NCBI GenBank assembly: GCA_051867815.1
Contig: JBJDZD010000053.1
Location: 1 to 57,539, forward strand
DNA length: 57,539 nt
Reading direction: 5' to 3'
Source: Eubacteriales bacterium
Lineage (GTDB): Bacteria; Bacillota; Clostridia; Oscillospirales; CAG-272
Shown: positions 1-9,494 of the stretch, in pieces
Numbering within the stretch: position 1 is the stretch's first letter
Layout of the letters: each line of letters begins with the position of its first letter
Made by a program: the position numbers and the translations under genes
Notes under the pieces: generated by a model
What the model saw: only the letters and a program-made list of their open reading frames with translations
Told to the model about the DNA's origin: nothing
Databases searched by the model: none

Positions 1-178
1 GTCGGCCTACTCCGTCCGGCCGCTCGGTTGCTTTGCGACTTCGTCGCCCGGCGAAGGATATATAATTTCGTTCGGGCTACGGTGGCTTTATAACATCGAA
101 CTCCATAGTCCGCTTTTCTTTTTGACACCGTCGGCGCAAAAAGAAAAGCTCGCAAAAGAAAAACGCCATGGAGAATTT

Positions 179-241
179 CGCGCTCTGCGGAGCGCGACTC
201 AAGGCTCTGCCTTGAGAATCCGCAACCTTTTGAAAAAGGTT
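179..241. repeat. three consecutive short stem-loops, possibly an intergenic REP-like repeat element
   Basis: CGCGCTC-tgcg-GAGCGCG (179-196), CTCAAGG-ctctg-CCTTGAG (198-216) and AACCTTTT-ga-AAAAGGTT (224-241). ORFs across 77-310 are low-complexity with no RBS. Confidence 0.4.
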
Positions 242-335
242 GACCAAAACTTTCCGCATTTGGTTTGTGCACAGTCGGCGAGCTTGCTTTCCCGTTTATT
301 GTCTTTATAGTTCCGTGTGCTTGCGGTATATGTTT

Positions 336-917
336 TTACAGCTTCTTTACCCAAATATCTTGATCATTCCTGTGTTCAAGCCTGAAGCCTGCCGCTTTAT
401 AGATGTGGATCAGATGCGCGTAGTCATCCTCCGACACAGTATTGTGCTTGTTTGGATATGCCTCTGCATATACATATCCTTCGCGCTTTGCGTCGGCGCA
501 AGCATACTGCAGAAGCTCCGACGCCACACCGCGGTTTCTGTAATCGGGAACGACCTCAAAGCACATAATGCATTTCACATGTCCGGCCATGGACGGTTCG
601 GATGTAATTAAGTGCGGATAGCAAATTTTATCGTTGGCATTACACCATCCGACAGGCGCTCCGGACGCATATGCAAGATATCCGCGGAGCCTTCCTTGGT
701 CAATCAGCTTTTCGGCCGCTTCCTTTGTGGCTGCGCGCAAGCTTTTTTTACCGCGCACGACAGGGGCTTCGATCTCACAGCGATTTTCCTCGTCCGTCAT
801 ATTCCAGCAGGTACACATACAGACATTGTGAGAGTCGTTTTTTTGCACTTCACCGAAAAAGGTGAAAAAGTCCGATCTGGTGTCCGCGTGAAGCGGTAAA
901 ATCTCGAATTCCATCAT
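336..917 (-). CDS. GNAT family N-acetyltransferase
   Basis: 193 aa. Acetyl-CoA binding-type motif VVPDYRNRGVASELL. GAGGAA RBS upstream of MMEFEIL. Confidence 0.8.
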   Translation of the reverse strand: MMEFEILPLHADTRSDFFTFFGEVQKNDSHNVCMCTCWNMTDEENRCEIEAPVVRGKKSLRAATKEAAEKLIDQGRLRGYLAYASGAPVGWCNANDKICYPHLITSEPSMAGHVKCIMCFEVVPDYRNRGVASELLQYACADAKREGYVYAEAYPNKHNTVSEDDYAHLIHIYKAAGFRLEHRNDQDIWVKKL

Positions 918-924
918 CGATTCC

Positions 925-1473
925 TCAATAATTTGCCAATATTCGAGTAATCCATTGATCCAATAGATCCGCAGATTGCTCTGCGCTCAAGCCGGTTGTT
1001 TCCAAACGATCCATCTCAGGGTATTGATACTTTGTGCGCCCCGAGTAAACTTGATTGCGAAGCAAGGACCTATCGCACCACGTTCTGTCACTGCCGGGCA
1101 TCTTTTGATTTGATGCTTCCCCATGCCTGCTTTCGATTCTCTTTTTTAATTCCTCATCGTCACAGACGAGCGAGGCAAAATACATGTGCTTGCGTTTTTC
1201 CTTATCAATTCCGCAAAAGGCATCCGGATAAAGATCGGCACAAAATACAACCGCGCGGTTTGTTTGGTTGGCAACGTCAAAGCAAACGTCAACCCACGTT
1301 TTTCTGCAGTCGGAAATGACTTCAGAAAAAGCCACGACGTTGCACAGGTCTCCCTTGAGAATGATATATTTGTTGCTTTTGCGTGCAATCAGTATTTGGG
1401 AAATCGTTGATTTACCCACTCCAAGTGCGCCGCAAACGACAAATACGGGCATGCTTGCTTTGTTCATGATCAT
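925..1473 (-). CDS. P-loop NTPase / small-molecule kinase-like protein
   Basis: Walker A VVCGALGVGKST. Start moved to the internal ATG at 1473, preceded by GGAGGTAAA; the longer ORF would overlap the upstream gene. Confidence 0.65.
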   Translation of the reverse strand: MIMNKASMPVFVVCGALGVGKSTISQILIARKSNKYIILKGDLCNVVAFSEVISDCRKTWVDVCFDVANQTNRAVVFCADLYPDAFCGIDKEKRKHMYFASLVCDDEELKKRIESRHGEASNQKMPGSDRTWCDRSLLRNQVYSGRTKYQYPEMDRLETTGLSAEQSADLLDQWITRILANY

Positions 1474-1501
1474 TTTACCTCCAGATATATTTGATCCGGC
1501 G

Positions 1502-2272
1502 TTAAGCCAAATACATGCTTCGCAGTTCTTTGATGTCATCGACCGTCAGCTTCAGGCCACGGCGGAGAAACTCTTCCGTGCCGCCCCAGAATTCGTCGAT
1601 CTCCTCAAATGCCGCGCGCAGATAATCGTCCTGCGAGGAAAGCAGAAGGTAGAGCGAATACGCGGAGTGAATGCTGAGGGTGATGAGCGCCACGCCGAGG
1701 AATATCCATAGGTTTTTGAATCGGCAGGAGCGATTGGTGCGCATATAGTCGCGCATGATGTCGTCGCGGTCAACTCCGAGAGCGAGCAGAATGGCGGCGG
1801 ATGCGATGCCCGTGCGGTCCTTGCCCTGGGTGCAATGCCAAAGCACGGCTCCGTCCTCCTCCATGAGGGTGCGCATGAATTTGCGCAGAGCTTCGAGCGA
1901 CGGCTCGGAGGTGACCATGGTGCGGTAGGTCTGCGCAAGGTAGGCGCGCGCACCGCCGTCCACGTTCATGATCTTGCGCAGTATCGAGGGACCCGTCCGA
2001 CGGGTGACTGCCGGGTTTTGCTCGTCCGTGAGGGGAGGCAGGTGGAGGTAGTCAACGCCCTCGGGCACGATGTCGCGCCTGTGCGCAAGCTCGCCGGGCG
2101 CGCGGAGGTCGATGACGGCTTTCAGCCCCTTCTTGTCACGCAATTTATTTGCGGTTTTCAGTTTTATCTTTGCTAAGTGACCGCTGCGGTAGAGAAGCCG
2201 GGGGCGAACGACCTTGCCGTCTGCCGCCGGAATACCGCCCAGGTCACGGAAATTCTTGATCTTTCTTGCCAT
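1502..2272 (-). CDS. protein-tyrosine phosphatase (Y_phosphatase3-like)
   Basis: N-terminal NFRDLGG...LYRSG and CX5R catalytic loop HCTQGKDRTG. Start at MARKIKNF with a GGAG RBS. Confidence 0.8.
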   Translation of the reverse strand: MARKIKNFRDLGGIPAADGKVVRPRLLYRSGHLAKIKLKTANKLRDKKGLKAVIDLRAPGELAHRRDIVPEGVDYLHLPPLTDEQNPAVTRRTGPSILRKIMNVDGGARAYLAQTYRTMVTSEPSLEALRKFMRTLMEEDGAVLWHCTQGKDRTGIASAAILLALGVDRDDIMRDYMRTNRSCRFKNLWIFLGVALITLSIHSAYSLYLLLSSQDDYLRAAFEEIDEFWGGTEEFLRRGLKLTVDDIKELRSMYLA

Positions 2273-2361
2273 TGCTTGACTCCGTAAAACGAAATACATA
2301 TATATTATATCACATTATCGGTGATTTGTAAACAGGAAATCCGTAAAAATCCCGTAAGCAA

Positions 2362-2390
2362 AACGCCATGCGCCGACGGCGCATGGCGTT
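2362..2390 (-). terminator. stem-loop downstream of the M20 peptidase gene
   Basis: AACGCCATGCGCC-gac-GGCGCATGGCGTT, a perfect 13-bp stem. The flanking T-rich tract is weak on the minus strand. Confidence 0.5.
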
Positions 2391-2401
2391 GGTTTTGCTT
2401 T

Positions 2402-3838
2402 TCAGCACTTTTTCATAAGTCGGATGAAGAATTCGCAGGCATGCTCCAGGCATTCAAGGCGGATCTTTTCGTTGTTGCCGTGAATGGTGGCGCGCTCCCC
2501 GGCGGTCAGATCCATGGCGGAGAAGCGGTAAACACGGTCACAAATGCGACCCCAATGCCGGCTGTCCGAGCATTGCACCATCAGGTAGGGAGAAACGATG
2601 CAACCCTTCCAGGTGGATGCAACCGCACTTGCCACCTTGTCCCAGCCCTCACAGTCCGTGCGCGATATACGGCTGGGGTTCATGCCGTGAAGGCAGGAGA
2701 CCTCAACGCTCTCGTCGCCCACGGTCTTGTTGATGTAGGCAAGCGCGGAGTCCATGTCGTCCGCAGGGTTGAGGCGGATATTGGAAACCAGCGACGCCTC
2801 GGGCGGAATCACGTTCGATGCCGACGAGCCTTGCATTTGCGTGAACGCCACGGTGGTGCGCAGGAGGGCGTTCAGCTCGCCGCCGCTCTTTTTGCAGAGA
2901 AGGTCAAGCACGGGCAGGAAAATGCCGATGTTCGCGAAAATGATCCGGTAAGCAAACGAGGAATACCTTCCGAGGGTGTCAAACATCTGCGCCGCCGGAG
3001 GGGTGAGCTTGAGCTTAAACGGATTTGAAAGCATCCTCGTGCATGCGCGCGCAAGACGGTCAACGGGCGCACCCGGCTTCGGCGCGGATGCGTGACCGCC
3101 GCTTGAGCGGACAGTGTATCTGACGTCCATCATGCCCTTTTCGGCAATTCCTATAAGTCCGCAGGGCGCACTCACACCGGGGAAAACGTTTTCTACGACC
3201 GCACCTCCCTCGTCAATGACGAAGGCAGGTTCGATGCCTTGCTGCTCAAAGTAGTCGACGATTCGGATGGCACCGCGGCCATTGACCTCCTCGCCGCCCG
3301 AAAAAGCAAAATAAACGTCGTTTTCGGGGACGAAGCCCTCTCCGATAAGGTGGTCGGCGGCGAAGAGTATGCCGCCGAAGGTGACCTTCGTGTCAAGCGT
3401 GCCGCGCCCGATGATGCAGCCGTCCTTTACGATGCCCTCGAAAGCCGGGGTGTCCCAAAGCTCCTCGTTTACGGGAACGACGTCGTAATGCGCCATCATG
3501 ACGGCAGGAGCGCCGTGGTTTTTGCCGCTCCACTTAAAGAGCAGGCCGCGATCGTCAAATCGCGTGAATTCGCAAACGCGGTCAACGTTCGGGTAAAGCC
3601 GTGGCAACAGAGAGATCAGCTTTTCAAATTCCGCATCGTCCTCAAGGGATGGGTCACGGTAGGAAACGGTCTTGCATTTTACAAGCTCGATGAGGTTCTG
3701 CGCCGCCTTTTCGCGGTCAAATTCGACTGTGTCGGGGTCGATTTGCGGTTGCGCCTTCGGCTTGAAGGCAATGCCGCGAATGACGATGACGGCAAGAAAA
3801 ACCAAGAGCGCGGCAGGTATCAAAAGAAGCCAAGGCAT
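2402..3838 (-). CDS. M20/M25/M40 family metallopeptidase with an N-terminal membrane anchor
   Basis: Motifs MMAHYDVVPV and GRGTLDTK are typical of M20 peptidases. N-terminal TM segment PWLLLIPAALLVFLAVIVI. The ATG at 3838 lies 1 nt after the upstream stop. Confidence 0.8.
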   Translation of the reverse strand: MPWLLLIPAALLVFLAVIVIRGIAFKPKAQPQIDPDTVEFDREKAAQNLIELVKCKTVSYRDPSLEDDAEFEKLISLLPRLYPNVDRVCEFTRFDDRGLLFKWSGKNHGAPAVMMAHYDVVPVNEELWDTPAFEGIVKDGCIIGRGTLDTKVTFGGILFAADHLIGEGFVPENDVYFAFSGGEEVNGRGAIRIVDYFEQQGIEPAFVIDEGGAVVENVFPGVSAPCGLIGIAEKGMMDVRYTVRSSGGHASAPKPGAPVDRLARACTRMLSNPFKLKLTPPAAQMFDTLGRYSSFAYRIIFANIGIFLPVLDLLCKKSGGELNALLRTTVAFTQMQGSSASNVIPPEASLVSNIRLNPADDMDSALAYINKTVGDESVEVSCLHGMNPSRISRTDCEGWDKVASAVASTWKGCIVSPYLMVQCSDSRHWGRICDRVYRFSAMDLTAGERATIHGNNEKIRLECLEHACEFFIRLMKKC

Positions 3839-3839
3839 A

Positions 3840-4508
3840 TCAAAGCACTCCCTTCTTGTATAGGATGCGCGCGACGATAACGGTAAAGACAACGCCGACG
3901 GGTACCATTATGCCGACCGTTCCGGCGTTGAGAGCCGGGACGAAGATGAAGAGCAACAGCATCAGGATCACTGGAGCTATGGAGAGCTTGAGGTTTTTCG
4001 AGATGAAAACCACGGCAAGCCCGCCGAAGAGCGCGGGCAGTATCATGTCGAAAGCCGGCTCAAGGACGGGGGACTCCAGAATGGGCGTCAGGGGAACGAT
4101 GCAAATGACGCCGATGATGATTATGAGCGTGGTGACTATGCTTGAAACGGCAATGGCAATGGTGGAAATGACCTCGCCCTCCTCGTCGGACGCCTTAACG
4201 CCGGCACGGTCCATGGCATCTATGGCGCAGGGAAGCTTGAGGTTGGAAATGTTGCCGGTGATGAACGAAAGATAAGTGCCGCCTGCACCCAGCATGGGAA
4301 CGTAGGTGAATATTTCAACGATTCCGACCGCCCAATACATCGGCGCGGTGGCAAGCAGACCCTTGAGCAATACGGAAAAGTTCGGTACGGTACCGAATAT
4401 GAGCGAGAGCGAGAGGGGAAAGGCAAAAAGCACGAGGGCAACTGCAAAGCCCCATATTCTTCCGGCTCTGTGCGTGCCTTCCATATATGAAAGATCGGTG
4501 TTTTTCAT
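3840..4508 (-). CDS. integral membrane protein, uncharacterised
   Basis: 222 aa with multiple hydrophobic helices. AGGAGG RBS. Tightly packed with its neighbours. Confidence 0.6.
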   Translation of the reverse strand: MKNTDLSYMEGTHRAGRIWGFAVALVLFAFPLSLSLIFGTVPNFSVLLKGLLATAPMYWAVGIVEIFTYVPMLGAGGTYLSFITGNISNLKLPCAIDAMDRAGVKASDEEGEVISTIAIAVSSIVTTLIIIIGVICIVPLTPILESPVLEPAFDMILPALFGGLAVVFISKNLKLSIAPVILMLLLFIFVPALNAGTVGIMVPVGVVFTVIVARILYKKGVL

Positions 4509-4512
4509 GGAT

Positions 4513-5247
4513 TTAACCTCCTAAAAGCATGGTGAAGGGAATTGCCGAAGCCATTCCGATAATCAGGGAGAGGGGAAGCGCGTAGTCGGTCAGCCAGCGT
4601 ATCCTTGCCTTGGTGGCGATCGTGCCGCAGACAGCCATGACCACGGCAGAGGTGATCATTACGCAAACGGGAATAAGACCCGATGTGTCGCCCTTGACGA
4701 TGAGGCCGACATCACAAAAAACATAGCCGAGAAAGGCGGAAATCATACCGAGGAACATGGCGTTATTGAAGATCTCACCCCATTTTTTGTCCTTCATGCC
4801 AACCTTGGCAAGTCCGCTCTGGAGCTTTTTGGTGAGAATCGGAACGAGGATAAGACCGGCGGCGATGCCGATGGTCATGACCCATGCAATGGTTATGTAG
4901 ATCGAGGGGTCGGTGACGGTCGTGCCCGCGCTCATTCCGGCAGCCTCAAGCGCATTGCCTGCGGCAACGGTCTCGTATGTGATGGAGCCGATAACGGAAA
5001 GACGAAGCCATGGAAGAGGAACTCCGAGGCTTTTTGAGAGAGCAACGACGCCGACGAGTACGGCAATGGCAGGCGCAACCGTGAAGATGGCGGCGGAAAT
5101 GACCGTTTTCTTGATGTGTGCGCCGAGACCGAGCTGACGGGCGCGCTTTACGGCGCGGACGAGAAAATAGACCGATTGCATCAGTACGACGGCAATTATC
5201 GCACCCACAATGACGAAAAGGATAGGGGAATTAACGTTGAAGGGCAT
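4513..5247 (-). CDS. integral membrane protein, uncharacterised
   Basis: 244 aa and polytopic. GGGAGG RBS. Its start overlaps the PAP2 stop by 1 nt (TAATG). Confidence 0.6.
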   Translation of the reverse strand: MPFNVNSPILFVIVGAIIAVVLMQSVYFLVRAVKRARQLGLGAHIKKTVISAAIFTVAPAIAVLVGVVALSKSLGVPLPWLRLSVIGSITYETVAAGNALEAAGMSAGTTVTDPSIYITIAWVMTIGIAAGLILVPILTKKLQSGLAKVGMKDKKWGEIFNNAMFLGMISAFLGYVFCDVGLIVKGDTSGLIPVCVMITSAVVMAVCGTIATKARIRWLTDYALPLSLIIGMASAIPFTMLLGG

Positions 5248-6179
5248 TATTTTTTACCTCCCGGTTTTGGAAAATACTTGAACGTCATCGGCCAAAGAAT
5301 GCCGCCGACGATCACGATCAAAAAATAGCGTGCCGTTCGCGCCCAGGTGTCGGGCGGCAGAATGGCGTTGAGGGGAAATTTGAGCAGGGTCTTTGCCGCC
5401 AGAACAAGGGCAAGTCCGCCCACGACCTTGATTATCTGCGCCCACCAAACGCAAACGGTCTCGAATTTGACGAAATGCGTGTCAATGGGGTAGACCACAA
5501 GGAAGCCGAGCATGCAACCGAGCAGGGTATAGGCGTTTTTCTCAGCCGAGATGTAGTTGTGAATGTTTTCATCCGTGAAAACTTCATCGGGGAAGGGGAA
5601 AAAGGAGATGAAGCATAGATAAGCAACGACGAGGGCGGTGAGCGCGCCGAGGATTGAATACATCACGGCGGGCGAGCTTTCCGCTTTTTTGAAAAGCGGC
5701 GCACCGACGAATATGAGGACGAGCGCGACAGCTATCGAAACTCCGACGTCGGCAGGCGTGTGAACTCCGAGGTACATGCGTGAGAGGGGAACGAGAACGC
5801 AGAGCGCGATTGATACTATCGTGACGGCTTTGTTTTTCGTCGTCCGTGCAATGCCGCCGAAGGTGCCAACGGAGGTCTGCGTGTGTCCGCTGGGGAAGGA
5901 GTAGCCGGTTGCCGCCTCGCGCGCGGATTCCACTATCGTGAAGTTCGGGTCCTTGACCCACGGGCGCGGTATGCGGAAGAGCATTTTGAGAAATTGGTTG
6001 ATGACGGTGCCGACAAAGCCGATGCAGAGCAGAAAATATCCGCGGTATTTGTCAATGCACCAGAAAACTATCATGCCCACCGCCATAAATGCCGTCTCCT
6101 CACCGAGTACGGTGATAAACGAGAAGAAAAAATCCAGCACGGGATTTCTGATATCTTCCAGAAAATATAAAAATGACAT
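5247..6179 (-). CDS. PAP2 family lipid phosphatase
   Basis: PAP2 motifs KMLFRIPRP, PSGH and SRMYLGVHTPADV. Start at MSFLYF (6179) with a GGAGG RBS. Confidence 0.8.
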   Translation of the reverse strand: MSFLYFLEDIRNPVLDFFFSFITVLGEETAFMAVGMIVFWCIDKYRGYFLLCIGFVGTVINQFLKMLFRIPRPWVKDPNFTIVESAREAATGYSFPSGHTQTSVGTFGGIARTTKNKAVTIVSIALCVLVPLSRMYLGVHTPADVGVSIAVALVLIFVGAPLFKKAESSPAVMYSILGALTALVVAYLCFISFFPFPDEVFTDENIHNYISAEKNAYTLLGCMLGFLVVYPIDTHFVKFETVCVWWAQIIKVVGGLALVLAAKTLLKFPLNAILPPDTWARTARYFLIVIVGGILWPMTFKYFPKPGGKK

Positions 6180-6317
6180 GCTTTTAACCTCCGTATGCCG
6201 TAATGATCTCATGCGCATCGACCTGCGCAAGCAAGACTTTATGCGTTAATTATACCACCTCGGTCACGAATTTGCAACAATTTTTACAAAATTCAATAAA
6301 ATTTGAGGCAAAAAAAG

Positions 6318-6346
6318 TTGAAATCCTGCGCCAAATATGATATAAT
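6318..6346 (+). promoter_or_regulatory. sigma-A type promoter
   Basis: TTGAAA (6318-6323), 17-nt spacer, TATAAT (6341-6346), upstream of the 6377 gene. Confidence 0.6.
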
Positions 6347-6376
6347 TATCCCTATCCAATAAAAGGCGGTGAAATA

Positions 6377-7132
6377 ATGACAGACGTAAGAACAATGGCG
6401 TATATAAATCTCCATGCCGTGCTCGGCTCGATTCCGTTCCTGTGCGAGCTTGACGACGGCGCAAAGGAGCTTATCAAGGGCAAAAAGGTGACGGTCGGCT
6501 TTGAGGTCAAGGGCGGTCCCTCCGGCAGGCTCATCTTTGACGGCGAAAAATGCTCCTTCGCTTCGGGTTGCGAACCGTGTGTGGTCAAGTTGCCCTTCTC
6601 GTCCCCCGAAAAATTCAACGGAATGATCGACGGTGTGGTGACCCCCATCCCCTCCAAGGGATTTACGAAGATCGGATTCCTGACAGGCCCGTTTACAAAG
6701 CTGACGGACATCCTCTCCTCCTACCTCCGCGCCGATAAGGAGAAGCTCTCCGATCCCGTTTTCTTTGAAAAAAGTACGATACTCATGCTGCATTTGATCG
6801 CCTCCGCGGTCGCGCAGATCGGAAACGAGGATAAAGTGGGCCGTGCAAGCGCATCCTATATCGTTGACGGCATCATCGAGCTTGCGGTCGGCGACGAGCT
6901 TGCCGTCGGAATCGAGGCAAAGGACCATAAGCTGACCGCCCTCCATTCCGCCCCCGATACCTGCATGTCCTTTATGAGATTTGAGAGCATTCGCCTCGCT
7001 CGCGCACTCTTTGATGGTGAGGTCAATGCGGTCGCGTGCGTCGGTGAGGGCAAGATCCGCATCGGCGGTATGATCTCGCAGGTCGATAATATCAACAGGA
7101 TACTTGACCGCGTGGCACTTTATTTGGCTTGA
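6377..7132 (+). CDS. SCP2 sterol-binding-like domain protein (tentative)
   Basis: 251 aa. The C-terminal pattern GEGKIRIGGMISQVDNINRILDRVALYL resembles the SCP2 fold signature. An 8-nt gap to the next gene suggests co-transcription. Confidence 0.45.
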   Translation: MTDVRTMAYINLHAVLGSIPFLCELDDGAKELIKGKKVTVGFEVKGGPSGRLIFDGEKCSFASGCEPCVVKLPFSSPEKFNGMIDGVVTPIPSKGFTKIGFLTGPFTKLTDILSSYLRADKEKLSDPVFFEKSTILMLHLIASAVAQIGNEDKVGRASASYIVDGIIELAVGDELAVGIEAKDHKLTALHSAPDTCMSFMRFESIRLARALFDGEVNAVACVGEGKIRIGGMISQVDNINRILDRVALYLA

Positions 7133-7140
7133 GGTGAAAA

Positions 7141-8388
7141 ATGAGGAATATCAACAATTACGATAAGAGCCGCGAGGCGTTTGCTCGCGCAATGAAGGTC
7201 ATTCCCTCGGGAATTTACGGTCATCTCGGCCCTGCCGAGGGTTGTTACACCCCCGTTGAGGCGTTCCCGTTTTTCTCCTCGCGCGCACAGGGTACGTACG
7301 TTTGGGACCTCGACGGCAACAAGTTTATTGATTATATGTGCGCCTACGGCCCGAACGTCCTCGGATATAACGACCCGGACGTTGACCGCGCCGCCGCCGA
7401 GCAGAGAGCAATGGGCGACTGCACCACGCTTCCGTCCACCAGGATGATAGAGTTTGCGGAGCTGCTCGTCGATACCGTTGCCTCTGCCGATTGGGCTTTC
7501 TTCGCAAAGAACGGCAACGACGTCACCACTCTCGCCGTCATGACCGCGAGAGCGTATACACACCGCAAAAAGATCGTTTTCTTCAAGGGGTATTACCACG
7601 GCGTTTCGCCATGGACGCAGAAGATCGATTATTCCGGCGTCCTTGAAGAGGACGTAATGCATAATATTTACGTCAATTGGAACGATCTTGACGGACTTGA
7701 AAAGGTATTCAGGGAGAATAAGGGTCAGATCGCGGCGGTGATCGGCCAGCCGTATATGCACGGCAACTTCAAGGACAACGAGCTTCCGGCAAAGGGCTTC
7801 TGGCAAGAGGTGCGCAGAATGTGCACCGAAAACGGCACGGTGCTGGTGGTTGATGACGTCCGCGCAGGCTTCAGGCTTGATATTGCCGGCTCGGACCATT
7901 ATTTCGGCTTCGAGGCGGATCTGATATGCTTCTGCAAGGCACTTGCAAACGGCTATAACGTCTCCGCACTCTGCGGCAAGGAGTTCCTCAAGAATACCGT
8001 TTCGGGCATGTCGTACACGGGAAGCTATTGGCTCTCGGCTGTGCCTTTTGCCGCCGGAATCGCTTGTATAAATAAGATGAAGCAGCTTGATTGCCCACGC
8101 ATTCTCATCGAAAAGGGCACGAAGCTCAAGGAAGGTCTTATTGCCACCGCGCAGAGCTACGGTTTTGACTTGCACGTATCCGGCGTTCCCTCGCTGTTTT
8201 ATTTGCGAATTGCGGACGACCCCAGCCTGATGCTGCATCAGGAGTGGATAGCGGAGTGCGTCAAGCGCGGAGTGTTCTTCACGAATCACCACAACCACTT
8301 CATCAACGCCGCCCTCAGCGACGAGGATATCAAGGAAACCATCGAGATTGCCGACGAGGCTTTCTCCGTAATCAAAAAAAGACATTAA
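7141..8388 (+). CDS. class-III (HemL-like) PLP-dependent aminotransferase
   Basis: 415 aa. GSA-aminomutase-like N-terminus (FARAMKVIPSGIYG, YVWDLDGNKFIDY). VVDDVRAGFR and the FCKALANG Lys region. Confidence 0.85.
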   Translation: MRNINNYDKSREAFARAMKVIPSGIYGHLGPAEGCYTPVEAFPFFSSRAQGTYVWDLDGNKFIDYMCAYGPNVLGYNDPDVDRAAAEQRAMGDCTTLPSTRMIEFAELLVDTVASADWAFFAKNGNDVTTLAVMTARAYTHRKKIVFFKGYYHGVSPWTQKIDYSGVLEEDVMHNIYVNWNDLDGLEKVFRENKGQIAAVIGQPYMHGNFKDNELPAKGFWQEVRRMCTENGTVLVVDDVRAGFRLDIAGSDHYFGFEADLICFCKALANGYNVSALCGKEFLKNTVSGMSYTGSYWLSAVPFAAGIACINKMKQLDCPRILIEKGTKLKEGLIATAQSYGFDLHVSGVPSLFYLRIADDPSLMLHQEWIAECVKRGVFFTNHHNHFINAALSDEDIKETIEIADEAFSVIKKRH

Positions 8389-8542
8389 ATCAAAGCGGAC
8401 AGCCTCGCACATGGGACCGTCCGCTTCCATATTATCCCTGTTTTACAATAATAATTGATATAAATGTGAAGATGGGTTGAAGTTGGTCATGTATAATATA
8501 ACGTGAAAAATGATGAATGCATGAAAGGAACTGCATAATCCC

Positions 8543-9388
8543 ATGTTTTACATCCTCTACAATCCCCATGCAGGCAACGGCACGAGCGAACAGACCGCGC
8601 TCCGCCTCAAGGAAAGCGGCAAATACGAGCCGGCAGAGACCGTTGCAATGACCGATATCGCATCCTATACCGAATTTTTGGCAGATAAGGCAGATGCCAC
8701 CCTCATCATCTGCGGCGGCGACGGCACGCTCAACCGCTTTGTCAATGGGATCGAAGGCATCCCCCACGGCGACGTCTACTACATGGCGTCCGGCTCGGGC
8801 AACGACTTTTTGCGCGACCTCGGCATCACCGAGCAACAAGAACCTATCTGCATCAATAAGTACATAGAAAACCTCCCCGTTTGCGAGGTCAACGGCAAAA
8901 CGCTCAAGGTTCTCAACGGCGTCGGCTACGGCATCGACGGATATTGCTGTCTTGTCGGTGACAATCTCAAGGCACAGAACGTCAAGGACATCAACTACAC
9001 CGGCATTGCCATTAAGGGTCTGCTCTTCCACTATAAGCCCTCGGGCGGCACGGTAACGGTTGACGGCGAGAGCCGCCGTTACAAAAAGATATGGATCGCA
9101 TCGGGCATGAACGGCAGGTATTACGGCGGCGGCATGATGCCCACCCCCTCGCAGGACAGACTGGGCGGCAACGGCACCGTTTCCACCTGCGTTTTCCACG
9201 ATTCGGGCAAGCTCGGCACTCTCATGGTATTTCCCTCGCTCTTTAAGGGCGAGCATATCAACCACACGAAGAACGTGGACGTCCGCTCCGGCAAGAGAAT
9301 TACGGTTGAGTTTGATTCTCCCCGTCCCCTCCAGATCGACGGCGAAACCATCCCCGAGGTCAAAAAGTACAGCGTTTACTACCGCTGA
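8543..9388 (+). CDS. diacylglycerol kinase family lipid kinase (YegS/BmrU-like)
   Basis: Motifs GGDGTLN and GSGNDF. Confidence 0.85.
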   Translation: MFYILYNPHAGNGTSEQTALRLKESGKYEPAETVAMTDIASYTEFLADKADATLIICGGDGTLNRFVNGIEGIPHGDVYYMASGSGNDFLRDLGITEQQEPICINKYIENLPVCEVNGKTLKVLNGVGYGIDGYCCLVGDNLKAQNVKDINYTGIAIKGLLFHYKPSGGTVTVDGESRRYKKIWIASGMNGRYYGGGMMPTPSQDRLGGNGTVSTCVFHDSGKLGTLMVFPSLFKGEHINHTKNVDVRSGKRITVEFDSPRPLQIDGETIPEVKKYSVYYR

Positions 9389-9408
9389 AATAAATATTTT
9401 TGGAAAAA

Positions 9409-9432
9409 GACCGCATTTTGCGGTCTTTTTTT
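9409..9432 (+). terminator. rho-independent terminator
   Basis: GACCGC-atttt-GCGGTC followed by TTTTTTT. Confidence 0.75.
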
Positions 9433-9442
9433 CAAAAAGTAC

Positions 9443-9471
9443 TTGACAAATCATACTATGTGTGGTACAGT
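9443..9471 (+). promoter_or_regulatory. sigma-A promoter of the padR operon
   Basis: TTGACA (9443-9448), 17-nt spacer, TGgTACAGT extended -10 (9466-9471). Confidence 0.6.
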
Positions 9472-9494
9472 ATTATACGAAAGGAGGTATTTCG

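Noticed and set aside
7120-8430. 436-aa minus-strand ORF spanning the whole aminotransferase gene
   Set aside because: It is antisense to a gene with clear class-III aminotransferase motifs. Its composition is R/A/G/V/L-rich with no recognisable motif or RBS, which is the typical GC-rich antisense artefact.
8432-9454. 340-aa minus-strand ORF opposite the DAG-kinase-family gene
   Set aside because: Same reasoning as above. The plus-strand frame carries the GGDGTLN and GSGNDF motifs, and the antisense ORF has a junk-like composition.
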